Positions 48,704 to 58,620 of a DNA stretch of 64,000 bases are shown here, in pieces (position 1 is the stretch's first letter; each line of letters begins with the position of its first letter). A program made the position numbers and the translations under genes. The notes beneath the pieces are model-generated. The model saw only the letters and a program-made list of their open reading frames with translations. It searched no databases and was not told the DNA's origin. This stretch comes from Desulfobacterales bacterium (lineage in GTDB: Bacteria; Desulfobacterota; Desulfobacteria; Desulfobacterales; UBA5616): assembly GCA_046483495.1 (NCBI GenBank), contig JAWODC010000044.1, positions 64,001 through 128,000 of the forward strand. Direction: 5' to 3'.

Positions 48704-50560
48704 TCAACCCCCGATTTCTTCGGCCGCCCGGCTCAAGCCAAGGGCCTGAAGTTTGTCTTTGGTCGGAATGCCCGTTTCATTCCATCCCCGGAGTTGGTAG
48801 TACTCGTTGAGCTGGTATTCCAAATCAGCGGCTTTACCGGCCGCTCCGCCATCGGGGAGAGGGGTAACCAACCGCTCGGGAAGTACATCATCCTTGCGGG
48901 TAATGCCCTCCCTGCAGGCGAAAGCACGCTGCAGGTTCAAAATGCGTTCACCCACCTGCAGAATGGATTGGGTCGTATACGGCAACCCGGTAGTCAGCGT
49001 CATCAAACCGGCGATGTGGGACGGCTGCAGCGCCAATCCACCGAACATGCAAATCGCCATGGAGTTGAAAAGTCCCGACAAGTCCTGGGCGACCTTGGCT
49101 GCCAAGCCTTTATTTTTCTTGTCGAATCGGCCTTGCTTGTAGCGAATGCCCGCCTCCGTCGAGATCAAGCCCATTTCAAACATGAAAGAACTGCCCTGCA
49201 CATGGCATGCCCCCCGGGTACCGGTGGCATAATTCACCGCCAGGCTTTGGAAGGCCCTGGGATCGTGCATGGGTACCTCCATCCCCTTGACATGTATGGC
49301 ATACTCCCCGGTTCCCTTGCCGATTTTTTCGGCGGCCTTCTTGCATCCCTGGGCCAGAACCGCACCGAATCCCTCGCCTTTACCCATCTGTTCGAATATC
49401 TCGATGGCGGCGTCCACATTACCCCAGGTCAATTCGATGCCGCCGGTGTCCTCTTTCGTTATGGCGCCTTTTTCATAGGCCTCCATGGCCCATGCTACGG
49501 TGCATCCGGCGGAAATGGTGTCCATGCCGTGCTTGTTGCAGATTTCTCCTATCCAGGAAACCGCTTCCAAATCGTCGATCAGCAGCATGGAACCGCATGA
49601 CCCCAGTGTTTCATACTCCGGACCCGGACCTTCATAGGCAAACCGGCCTTTAGGGATTTCGACCCAGCGGGCACAGCGAATCGGACAGTTAAAGCACGCG
49701 GCCGAATGAGGCTTAAGAATGGTTTCGGCCATTTTTTGTCCACCGAGATTCATGCATCCTTCCTTCCACAAACCGACCTGCCAATTTTTCACAGGCACGT
49801 CTCCGGTGGTCCATCCCATGTCCATGGAGGATGCCGTTCCCCACCTGCCCATCTGCTGTATTTGGGGGCTGTCCGTCAAACCCTGTATAATCTGCTTGGA
49901 CGTTTCATTAAAGAAATCGGGCAGGGCCACGTTGATTTTTTCTTTTCCCCTGGCGACGACCGCCTTGAGATATTTCGACCCCATAACCGCCCCGGTGCCG
50001 CCCCGTCCGGCGGCCCGTCCCTCGTCGTTCATGACGCAGGCAATCGGGGACAGGGTTTCACCGGCTGCGCCGATGCAGGCGATTCGGGCACGCTTTTCAC
50101 CGGTTTTTTCCCTTAAGATATCCTGTGTTTGGTAAGCGTCCTTTCCCCAGATATCCGTAGCATCCCGCAAATGGACACCGCCGTTGATCAATTCCAGGTA
50201 CACGGGTGAATCCGCTTTTCCGGTAAATACGATTCCATCGAATCCGCACTTCTTGAGCTCGACTCCGAAAAATCCCGAAGACGTAGATGTCGCCATGATG
50301 CCGGTCAGCGGAGACTTGGCGGATACCGTAAACCGGCCGGAGGTTGGAAAACGGGTTCCGGTTACCGGACCGGTCATAATGATCAGTTGGTTTTCCGGCC
50401 CCAACGGATCGGATTTGGCCGGGACATTGTCATATAGGATTTTCGTGGCAAAACCCGAACCGCCGATGAAATCCTGGGCCATTTGCGGATCGATTTCCTT
50501 TTCTTGGGTTGTTCTTGTCGTAAGGTCTACATACAGGATCTTTCCCATATATCCAAACAT
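48704..50560 (-). CDS. Aldehyde:ferredoxin oxidoreductase family (tungstopterin) enzyme
   Basis: KSPLTG, AAGRGGTGAVMGSK, CFNCPIRC, GPEYET, GMDTIS, HDPR, RGACH, YYQLRGW. Confidence 0.93.
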   Translation of the reverse strand: MFGYMGKILYVDLTTRTTQEKEIDPQMAQDFIGGSGFATKILYDNVPAKSDPLGPENQLIIMTGPVTGTRFPTSGRFTVSAKSPLTGIMATSTSSGFFGVELKKCGFDGIVFTGKADSPVYLELINGGVHLRDATDIWGKDAYQTQDILREKTGEKRARIACIGAAGETLSPIACVMNDEGRAAGRGGTGAVMGSKYLKAVVARGKEKINVALPDFFNETSKQIIQGLTDSPQIQQMGRWGTASSMDMGWTTGDVPVKNWQVGLWKEGCMNLGGQKMAETILKPHSAACFNCPIRCARWVEIPKGRFAYEGPGPEYETLGSCGSMLLIDDLEAVSWIGEICNKHGMDTISAGCTVAWAMEAYEKGAITKEDTGGIELTWGNVDAAIEIFEQMGKGEGFGAVLAQGCKKAAEKIGKGTGEYAIHVKGMEVPMHDPRAFQSLAVNYATGTRGACHVQGSSFMFEMGLISTEAGIRYKQGRFDKKNKGLAAKVAQDLSGLFNSMAICMFGGLALQPSHIAGLMTLTTGLPYTTQSILQVGERILNLQRAFACREGITRKDDVLPERLVTPLPDGGAAGKAADLEYQLNEYYQLRGWNETGIPTKDKLQALGLSRAAEEIGG

Positions 50561-50576
50561 GATGCCACCCCCCTTT

Positions 50577-51890
50577 TTATCTCATGTCTTCCAGATCGAT
50601 TTCCTCTGCCCGTTTAAAGCCGCCGGGCGGATAAATATCGCCTTTTTTGGCAAACATTTTGCTGTGTTTTGCACCGGCAGGTGCTTCGCAGAACGTAAAC
50701 GAAGAATCATCGTCGAGCGGGGGAATTTCGACCAGTTCAAAATCCCTGGTCCCCAATCCGATTTGCTGCCCGACATTCGGCTGTATCTCCTGGCTGATGC
50801 CCATGAATGATCCACAGGCCGTAAACTTGGGAAGCCCCGGTTCCATGACCCCTTTGGCCATGGCAACGGATCCGGGCATACCTGCCGACTCTGTCGCTTT
50901 TTGCAGGCACGCCGAATCGACAGCTACCGGGTCCCATGATGCAAATACCCCCAGATTGGGAATGATTGCCCGGTCGCTGTAAGTGACGCAGTCGCAAAAC
51001 GGGGAGATGTCAAGCGCCAGGTTGATGTAGCCGATTTTGTCTCTTCCGACCGCTTTTGCCGCAGCAAGCGCCGAATCCGCAATGGCGGCCGAGGTGGCGT
51101 CAAAGTAATCATCCGGCATCATGGCCACCCCGCACATGGCCAAAAGAGGCAGGCATGCCAGACATCCCACGCATTTTTCCCTGTCCCATTCGATCCGGTT
51201 GTTTGCAAAGGAGATGGCACCGACGGAACAGATCCGGCGGCATATATCGTAATCGGGGCAGTCTTTCCCCACGCACCGTTCCGGCACATATGGCCGTTCC
51301 CGAAGACCATACTTGGGATGACCGCCAAGGTGCAGGTTGAGTTTTCCTCGTTTGGAAGCACATCCGACCCCCATGTTTTTCAATGCACCGCCGTAAGTGC
51401 CCATGGGATGTCCTTTAAAATGGGTCAGCAGGATCATGGCATCGGCAAGCGCGATTCCCGACCCGACGTACTGTTCCTTCAATATAAATCCTTCGGGCAA
51501 ATCGATCCGGACATCATCTGTTCCGATAAATCCATCTGCGATTACGATAGGACATCCAACCGTAGACATCGTGAACCCGTTTCGCGCGATGGTTTTCAGG
51601 TGGTCCAGCGCCGTGACGCGTGAAGCGTATGTGAAATACGGAAGCGTCGTGGTGTCTACCACCATGGGGTCACCCCCAAGGCTTTTAATCTTGTCCACCA
51701 GGGCGCGCACGTAAACCGGACGTATATAGGCCGTATTATTGTACTCGCCCATGTGGAGTTTAATGGCCACCACATCATTGGGTTTAATTAAATCACCAAA
51801 TCCGGCCGTATCGAACAGCGTAAGCATTTTGGCAACCAGGCTGGTCTGATTTGATTGCGACCGGTCATCCATGAAGTATACCTTTGCCAT
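50577..51890 (-). CDS. DUF362 domain Fe-S protein with 2[4Fe-4S] ferredoxin insert
   Basis: AIKLHMGE, IADG, HFKGH..GGALKNMGVGC, CVGCLAC, CDC, DPVAVD. Confidence 0.88.
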   Translation of the reverse strand: MAKVYFMDDRSQSNQTSLVAKMLTLFDTAGFGDLIKPNDVVAIKLHMGEYNNTAYIRPVYVRALVDKIKSLGGDPMVVDTTTLPYFTYASRVTALDHLKTIARNGFTMSTVGCPIVIADGFIGTDDVRIDLPEGFILKEQYVGSGIALADAMILLTHFKGHPMGTYGGALKNMGVGCASKRGKLNLHLGGHPKYGLRERPYVPERCVGKDCPDYDICRRICSVGAISFANNRIEWDREKCVGCLACLPLLAMCGVAMMPDDYFDATSAAIADSALAAAKAVGRDKIGYINLALDISPFCDCVTYSDRAIIPNLGVFASWDPVAVDSACLQKATESAGMPGSVAMAKGVMEPGLPKFTACGSFMGISQEIQPNVGQQIGLGTRDFELVEIPPLDDDSSFTFCEAPAGAKHSKMFAKKGDIYPPGGFKRAEEIDLEDMR

Positions 51891-52101
51891 ATCAGGCCTC
51901 CTTTGAAGAAACTAGAGGAAATCGGGTTAATCACCACCTGTGACAGACTGGAATTTGAACACTTCTCGTTCCGGAACAGGCATGCTGAGAATGCAGAAAA
52001 TTATTGGACGAAATAACAATTATTCGAAAAAGGGTAATTCAGTCAAGATACTTAAAATTAAATCAGCTGCATGTCAACCGTTTTTAGAACCGGCCGCGGT
52101 T

Positions 52102-54114
52102 TCATCGGTCCAGGCATTCGATTAAGAAGGAGGCGATATCCGAAACCGTAATCCGGTCCTCAGCGTCAAGCAACTTAATCCCGTCATCGAGCATGTGCAG
52201 GCAAAAAGGGCATGAGGTAATCAGTGTTTCAGCCCCGGCTTCAAGAGCTTGTTGCACTCTCATTGCATTGAGACGGGTTCCTTCTTTGAAATCCATCCAG
52301 AGGTGCCCTCCTCCGCCGCCGCAGCAGAAACTTTCTTTCCCGTACCGTCTCATTTCAACTCTTTCAGTCCCCGGAACAGCGTCGATCAGCTTCCTGGGGG
52401 TCTCCCACATACGTTGATATCGTGCCAGATAACAGGGGTCATGGTAGGCGACCACACGGTTGAATGGGGGGGTTTTCAATCTTAGTTTTCCTTCACGCAC
52501 CAACCGATACAACAATCGGGTATAGTGAATGACGTCGTATTCCCCGCCGAATTGGGGATACTCATCTTTCAGCACCGTGTATCCATGCGGGCAGGATACC
52601 AGCAATTGGTTGAATTCGCGGCGGTTGAGTTGCGCCGCCTGCTCTTTGGCAATGAGTTGAAACATATGTTCATCGCCGATAACACGGGCCGGGTCACCGC
52701 AGCATTGTTCGTCGAATCCCAGGATACCGTAATCGACCGAAGCATAACCCAGCAGCGTGCACAGGTCGACAGCAATCCGGTGCTTTGCCGAATCCAATGC
52801 GGTAAGGCATCCTGTCCAGTAGAGAATGTCGCATCCCTCTCCGGGGGCTATCACAGGCACGTCCAAACCCTCCGTCCACTCGATCCGGTCTTTTTGCGGA
52901 GCGAATGGATTTCCAAGGCTTTCCATTGTTTTTAAAGCGGCAGCGGCATGCGTCGGAAGCCGCCCTTTCATAGCGATCTCATTGCGCCGGATATCGACAA
53001 ACAGATCGACATGCTGAATAAAGGCCGGGCAGATCTCTACGCAGGCCATGCAGGTTCTGCACAGCCAGATGAAATCCATATCGAAGGCGTTTCCGACGAT
53101 ATCCGTCGAGATCGTTTCGGATTCATCCGTTTGGGCGCTTTCTGTACGCCTCAAAAGTTCCCGGGATTCTTGAATGAGCGATTTGGGCGACAGCGGCTGC
53201 CCTGCATTCAGGGCCGGGCAAACGGCATCACAACGCCCGCAGTCTACACAGGCATCCAAATCCATCCGCTGTTTCCATGTGAAATCTTCAGTGCTTCCTA
53301 CACCGAAATTCAATTCGGCTTCATCGATATCATCCTGCTCCATGAGGGCTTCGAGATCGATGCGCGATAGTTCACCCGCAGGCCCCAGCTTTCCAAATCC
53401 TGCATTTACGGGCAGTAGAAGCAGATGAAAAAATTTCGTAAACGGAATGACGGCGATCCACACCATCACCAGGAGCGTATGGCCCCACCAGACGGCAAAA
53501 TGGAATCTGTTCCCCGCTCCGGAAACCAGCCGGGAAACCATCTCACCGATCGGGGATACCCATTCCCGGTTCTGCTCTTGAATCGCGAGCCGCCCTCCTT
53601 CCACCAGAAATCCCGTAATCACGATTCCGGCGAGCAGCAGCAGCATCAACAAATCCATACCGGACCGGTCCAGGGTGTTCGGTTTTAGGACCAGCCGCCG
53701 CCATAATGCCATTCCGATCCCGATGAGCATGAAAACGCCGGCCAACTCGCAACCCAGGGAGAAAGCGATATATACACATCCTTCAAACAAGGTGGTTCCA
53801 AAGTGGGTATCGAACAAGATGAGAAGCGTCGTTATAAACAGCACCAGGAAGGAATAGAATATCAGCGCGTGAAAAATACCCGGATATGCCCGGTTAAAGG
53901 TTTTCCGCTGAAGAAAGAGCGCCTTGTTCGCCGCCCATAACCGTTTGAATGCCCGGGAAAACCGCTTATTGTCCGCTTTTCCGGCCTGCCACACCCGCAC
54001 ATGTCGATATACGCCGTAACCCAAGATGCACATGGAAATAAAAAACAATAAATACATCACAGACGGGTGCGGAATATTCCAAAAAATTTCCCGGCTTGCC
54101 GATGCATACGCCAT
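52102..54114 (-). CDS. Membrane-bound heterodisulfide-reductase-like Fe-S oxidoreductase (NarI-like TM + 2[4Fe-4S] + 2 CCG domains; FadF/ETF:quinone oxidoreductase-like)
   Basis: TM region with His ligands (FHALIF, WWGHT, KFFH), CVDCGRCDAVCP, CRTCMACVEICP, CCG x2, YHDPCY. Confidence 0.88.
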   Translation of the reverse strand: MAYASASREIFWNIPHPSVMYLLFFISMCILGYGVYRHVRVWQAGKADNKRFSRAFKRLWAANKALFLQRKTFNRAYPGIFHALIFYSFLVLFITTLLILFDTHFGTTLFEGCVYIAFSLGCELAGVFMLIGIGMALWRRLVLKPNTLDRSGMDLLMLLLLAGIVITGFLVEGGRLAIQEQNREWVSPIGEMVSRLVSGAGNRFHFAVWWGHTLLVMVWIAVIPFTKFFHLLLLPVNAGFGKLGPAGELSRIDLEALMEQDDIDEAELNFGVGSTEDFTWKQRMDLDACVDCGRCDAVCPALNAGQPLSPKSLIQESRELLRRTESAQTDESETISTDIVGNAFDMDFIWLCRTCMACVEICPAFIQHVDLFVDIRRNEIAMKGRLPTHAAAALKTMESLGNPFAPQKDRIEWTEGLDVPVIAPGEGCDILYWTGCLTALDSAKHRIAVDLCTLLGYASVDYGILGFDEQCCGDPARVIGDEHMFQLIAKEQAAQLNRREFNQLLVSCPHGYTVLKDEYPQFGGEYDVIHYTRLLYRLVREGKLRLKTPPFNRVVAYHDPCYLARYQRMWETPRKLIDAVPGTERVEMRRYGKESFCCGGGGGHLWMDFKEGTRLNAMRVQQALEAGAETLITSCPFCLHMLDDGIKLLDAEDRITVSDIASFLIECLDR

Positions 54115-54190
54115 CGAATTCTCTCTTGATCCGGTGTAATAAGTTTGATTAATGTCCTTCTTTGCAATAATTTTTAAGAGGGATATCAGC

Positions 54191-55324
54191 ATGGTCGCAC
54201 AAATACAAGCCAAATTGGACAAATGGGGCGCCTCATTGGAGCATCGCATATTAAAGGGCCTTTCCAGTGAGTGGGAGGCGGCTTTATGGGTGGTGGACGA
54301 GCCGATTCGACGACGGATGAAAAAACCGTTGTTCTCCCTGGGCAATATGACGGCTCGCTATGGGTCCTGGTCGCTGGAAAAGAGGGAAATCCGCATCAGC
54401 CGGCATCTGGTCGAACATCATCCCTGGGATGCGGTTCGAGATGTTCTTCGACATGAAATGGCCCACCAAATGGCCGACGAAGTGTTCGCCGCGGCCGATC
54501 AAACAGCGCATGGACCTCTGTTTCAAGATGCGTGCAGACTGCTCAGGGCCAACCCAAAGGCTTCGGGCACATACCCCACTGCCCGGGAAATGGTTTTTCA
54601 AAAAAAGCATGATCCATCGGAAGCAAAACTGAGGCAGGTGAAAAAGCTCCTGGCCCTGGCGCAAAGCCGCAATCGCCATGAGGCAGCGGCCGCCATGAAA
54701 AAAGCCCATGAATTGATTGCCAAGCACCATCTCATCCATGACCAAAACAGCCCTACCGACGGCATCTACAGCATTTTTCTCGGAGCGCCGCTGCTTCGAA
54801 GATGCCGGGACGTTTATTTTCTGGCAAACATGATTTGCGAATTTTATTTTGTCGAAGGAATCTGGGTGCCGGCATTCGTGGTGGCGAAAGGAAAAATGGG
54901 AAGCGTTCTTGAAATATCCGGGACGGCGGCCGACATTCAGATGGCCGATTACGTATATCACTATGTCCGGCGCTTTATCGATTCTCAATGGGATGTATAT
55001 AAGGCCGGAAAAAATGTGAACCGGCGGCGCAAGACGGATTTTGCCGTCGGCATCATAGAGGGATTCACATCAACTCTTCGAAATGCTGTTGCCGCCGACG
55101 GCCATTCCGGACCGGAGGGTAAAAAGGATCTCGTGGTCGGGCGGAACCCACGGCTTGCCGCCTATATCGCCCATCGATACCCACGCATCCGAAAAATACA
55201 CCGAAACGGCCCCTCTCAGGATGCACGGATAATGAAAGACGGCGTTTCGGTCGGTAAAACGCTGGTAATTTTTAAAGGTATCCATCACCGGAAACGATCC
55301 CGACGTCTACTGCCGGAAAACTGA
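54191..55324 (+). CDS. SprT-like zinc metalloprotease with DUF2786-like domain
   Basis: LRHEMAHQ (HExxH), HGPLF; VKKLLALAQSRNRHEAAAAMKKAHELIAKH. Confidence 0.8.
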   Translation: MVAQIQAKLDKWGASLEHRILKGLSSEWEAALWVVDEPIRRRMKKPLFSLGNMTARYGSWSLEKREIRISRHLVEHHPWDAVRDVLRHEMAHQMADEVFAAADQTAHGPLFQDACRLLRANPKASGTYPTAREMVFQKKHDPSEAKLRQVKKLLALAQSRNRHEAAAAMKKAHELIAKHHLIHDQNSPTDGIYSIFLGAPLLRRCRDVYFLANMICEFYFVEGIWVPAFVVAKGKMGSVLEISGTAADIQMADYVYHYVRRFIDSQWDVYKAGKNVNRRRKTDFAVGIIEGFTSTLRNAVAADGHSGPEGKKDLVVGRNPRLAAYIAHRYPRIRKIHRNGPSQDARIMKDGVSVGKTLVIFKGIHHRKRSRRLLPEN

Positions 55325-56029
55325 GGCACACGCCTTCTTTTCCATTCGGCATATGGCTTCAGCGAAAAGCAGGTCATCGGGGGTCGTTATTTTTATATTG
55401 AATCGGCTTCCTTCCACCACCCGGACGGGGCGGCCAAGCCGTTCCACCAACGAGGCATCGTCCGTTCCAGAAAAGCCGTTTTCAATCGCCGACGCGTGCG
55501 CCCTCAATATCAATTCATATGAAAACACCTGGGGTGTCTGGGCAATCCAGATGTCTTTCCGATCGATTGTCTTTTCAATCCGACTGTCGTCTGAAAATTG
55601 AATTCTCTTCAATGTCTCCTGAACCGGCACGGCCGTAATGCAGGCTCCGGTGGGTTCGGCCCCGGCAATGCATCGGGAGATACCGTTCGGCGTTATAAAC
55701 GGCCGAACGCCGTCATGAACAACAATCAAAGACGATCGGTCTTCAATGACGGCCAGCGCGTGATACACGGACTGCTGCCTCTCTCGTCCACCGCCCACCA
55801 TATCGATCGGCTTTTTCATACGGATACGGGAAAGAATGTTCCGACGGCAAAATGGCATGTCGCCTTCTGGGACGACAACATAAATGCCGTCGATGTCGTT
55901 GCAGCTGTTAAATGCCGCTATGGTCCGCGCCAGTATGGGGATGCCGTCGAGATGGAGATACGGCTTTCGTATATCTTTTCCCATTCTGACACTGCTGCCC
56001 CCGGCAACGATGATGGCGATCTTCTTCAT
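55307..56029 (-). CDS. ispD: 2-C-methyl-D-erythritol 4-phosphate cytidylyltransferase
   Basis: AGGSSVRMG, GGRERQQSV, VHDGVRP, QTPQVF, TDDASLVE, NIKITTPDD. Confidence 0.95.
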   Translation of the reverse strand: MKKIAIIVAGGSSVRMGKDIRKPYLHLDGIPILARTIAAFNSCNDIDGIYVVVPEGDMPFCRRNILSRIRMKKPIDMVGGGRERQQSVYHALAVIEDRSSLIVVHDGVRPFITPNGISRCIAGAEPTGACITAVPVQETLKRIQFSDDSRIEKTIDRKDIWIAQTPQVFSYELILRAHASAIENGFSGTDDASLVERLGRPVRVVEGSRFNIKITTPDDLLFAEAICRMEKKACASVFRQ

Positions 56030-56037
56030 AACCGGCG

Positions 56038-57357
56038 CTATTTCAAGTAGCCCAATTCCTTGGGCAGCGGTATGCCTTTTCCCATCGTATCTTCCCCGTA
56101 GTTGACGCCGGCCAGGATTTCGATGTCGGCCAGTGCTCGGGCATCCCCTTCGAACACGACCTCCGTGATATTTTCCTTGCTGATTTTGCCGCCCGCCCAT
56201 TGAATATCCAGGACGCTGCCGGCGTCGAACCGATCGTCACCCACACAAAGATCGACATGCCCGCCGTAGTGCTGGACGATTTTCGCGACCAACAGGCTGG
56301 GACGGCTGTGGAATCCGAGTTTGATGGGTATTCCCACCTTTATGTGACTCCTTTCGATATTTTCATTCAGGATTTCCCTGGCGAGATCTTTGCCTGTGGT
56401 GAGGTAATGGCAAACGTAATAAAGTCCGTAGTTGATCGTCCGATCCAGCAGTATGTCCGGGTTGACCATCTCTGCCAACCGTGTCTGCACTTTTTTGTAG
56501 ATGTTTTTGTATCCCGCTTCATACAGGTGCCGTTCATAAAAATGCAGCAATCTCCCGATAATCTGAAGCAGATGAAAGACGCTGGAAAAATATCCTCTCA
56601 ACTGCTTCAGTTTCCTGTTTCCAAACAAGTACCCACCGTGAATGACATACGTATCGAAAGAAGACTGAAGGTTGTGCACCAGCATTTCGAATCTTCTGAT
56701 TTCCACTTCGTTGACCCGGCTCGGGACAATCGCCAGGATCGCATCCAAATCGTAAGGTTCGAAGAAGCTGAGCTGGTCGAATTTGTCGGCGATGCTCAAA
56801 AATTCACTCGCAATCTTGACAATGTTCTGTTTCTGCTGATCCCTGTCTTCATCATCGATATTATAGTCCAGCACTTCCGGGGTCGTGATGCCGGGAAAAT
56901 CCGAGTGGTCGAAACCCTTGGCCGGCATGCGGATCTTCAGGCGGCCGGCTTCTTCGAGAATGGCAGGCGCCAATTTCATCAAGCATCGCGTCAAGAACGC
57001 CATTGTCAATCTGCCGGATTTTTCAAACTCTCGGGTTTCCCTAAGGTCGTAAAATGCCATTCGGTTCTGAATATGCTTTTGGGAATAACTGGCAAGGCTT
57101 AGGTGCCGTACCGCGGCCGCGAGTTCGCGGTAATAGTACCATTCGGTATTGTTTTTGGCGCCATGGTAATCCAGAAAATCTTCAAGCAACTGGGAATCGG
57201 CAATCAGCTTTGAATAGAGTTTTTTCGTAAATGCATGGTGTGAATCATCGACACTTGCAATATAAAGGCAGCACTTTAAATAATCATGCGAAAATAGTTT
57301 TACTTTTTGAAAAAAAGATATATCGCAATACGCGCCTTTTGCTTGCGTTATTTTCAT
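56038..57357 (-). CDS. Large protein with C-terminal HPr phosphocarrier domain
   Basis: C-terminal LGFHSRPS (His15 equivalent) and DAGSVLDI (Ser46 equivalent); about 335-aa N-terminal helical region of unknown function. Confidence 0.8.
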   Translation of the reverse strand: MKITQAKGAYCDISFFQKVKLFSHDYLKCCLYIASVDDSHHAFTKKLYSKLIADSQLLEDFLDYHGAKNNTEWYYYRELAAAVRHLSLASYSQKHIQNRMAFYDLRETREFEKSGRLTMAFLTRCLMKLAPAILEEAGRLKIRMPAKGFDHSDFPGITTPEVLDYNIDDEDRDQQKQNIVKIASEFLSIADKFDQLSFFEPYDLDAILAIVPSRVNEVEIRRFEMLVHNLQSSFDTYVIHGGYLFGNRKLKQLRGYFSSVFHLLQIIGRLLHFYERHLYEAGYKNIYKKVQTRLAEMVNPDILLDRTINYGLYYVCHYLTTGKDLAREILNENIERSHIKVGIPIKLGFHSRPSLLVAKIVQHYGGHVDLCVGDDRFDAGSVLDIQWAGGKISKENITEVVFEGDARALADIEILAGVNYGEDTMGKGIPLPKELGYLK

Positions 57358-57494
57358 GGCAATGATGTTTTTCCCTGCCGCTGCCGGACGGGGAAACCAC
57401 CGTCCCTTCAGCGGGTAACATATGGCTGCCGATTACCGAAGCATCGGCTCACAATATATATCCGGTGCAGCGCATCGGATTTTTCGAAACATAA

Positions 57495-57861
<367 letters not shown>

Positions 57862-57875
<14 letters not shown>

Positions 57876-58602
57876 CTTCATGTTGCCAATAAATCAATCG
57901 ATGACAGTTCGGACAATAGTGGATGCTGTCGCAACGCTGTATTTCGTTGAATTTTTGTGGGGGAATATTCATATGGCAACCCGAGCATACCGCGTTTTCG
58001 ACCCGGGAAATCGTAATCAGCCCAACGGTGCGCCGAGTCATGTCAAAATCCTTCATAATTTTGGGATCGATCCCCCTGATGATTTCATTTCTGGACTGCT
58101 CAAGATCATACAATTTCTTTTCGTCTTCCTGACGCTCTATTTCAATGTGCTTCTTTTCCTGCTCGATGTCACGAGACAAGGCGGAAAGTTCATCGTTTTT
58201 TGAACCGAACTGGTGTTCGGCTTCTTCTAAACGGTCCAGAACGGAAATCATCTCATCTTCGATATGGGAGTTTTTTCCCTTTATATCATCGATTTCTTTC
58301 AACGTCGCCTGGTATTCCTTGTTGTTGTTTACCGATCCCAACCTTTCCATGCTCTTGCGAATTTTGGCTTCATTGACTGAGAAATCCCCTTCGAGCTCCC
58401 GATATCGCTTTTTCAAGGTTTCGATGTTATCGGTTTCTTTTTCCACGGATGTTTTGAATGCCGTCAAGGCCTGATCCAGGTGGTCGATTTTCGAGGGAAC
58501 AGCGGCTATTTTTTTTCGAATCTCGTGAACGGCGACATCCGTTTCCTGAAGGCGGATGAGCGAATCGATTTGTTTCTTTATTTCTTCAGGCATCGTATCC
58601 AT
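57862..58602 (-). CDS. Coiled-coil protein with C4-type zinc ribbon (CT398/DUF164-like)
   Basis: LIRLQETD, NNKEYQA, CSGCHM.IPPQ, CPNCHRLIY. Confidence 0.9.
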
Positions 58603-58620
58603 CCATATGCAGGTTTCATT

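Noticed and set aside
48704..50560. Class II benzoyl-CoA reductase BamB
   Set aside because: Motifs fit a general AOR-family enzyme and no bamC-I genes are adjacent; only a phylogeny would exclude it fully.
46966..54114. Selenocysteine or pyrrolysine recoding in the redox genes
   Set aside because: These ORFs appear full length, with no in-frame TGA/TAG splitting a domain.
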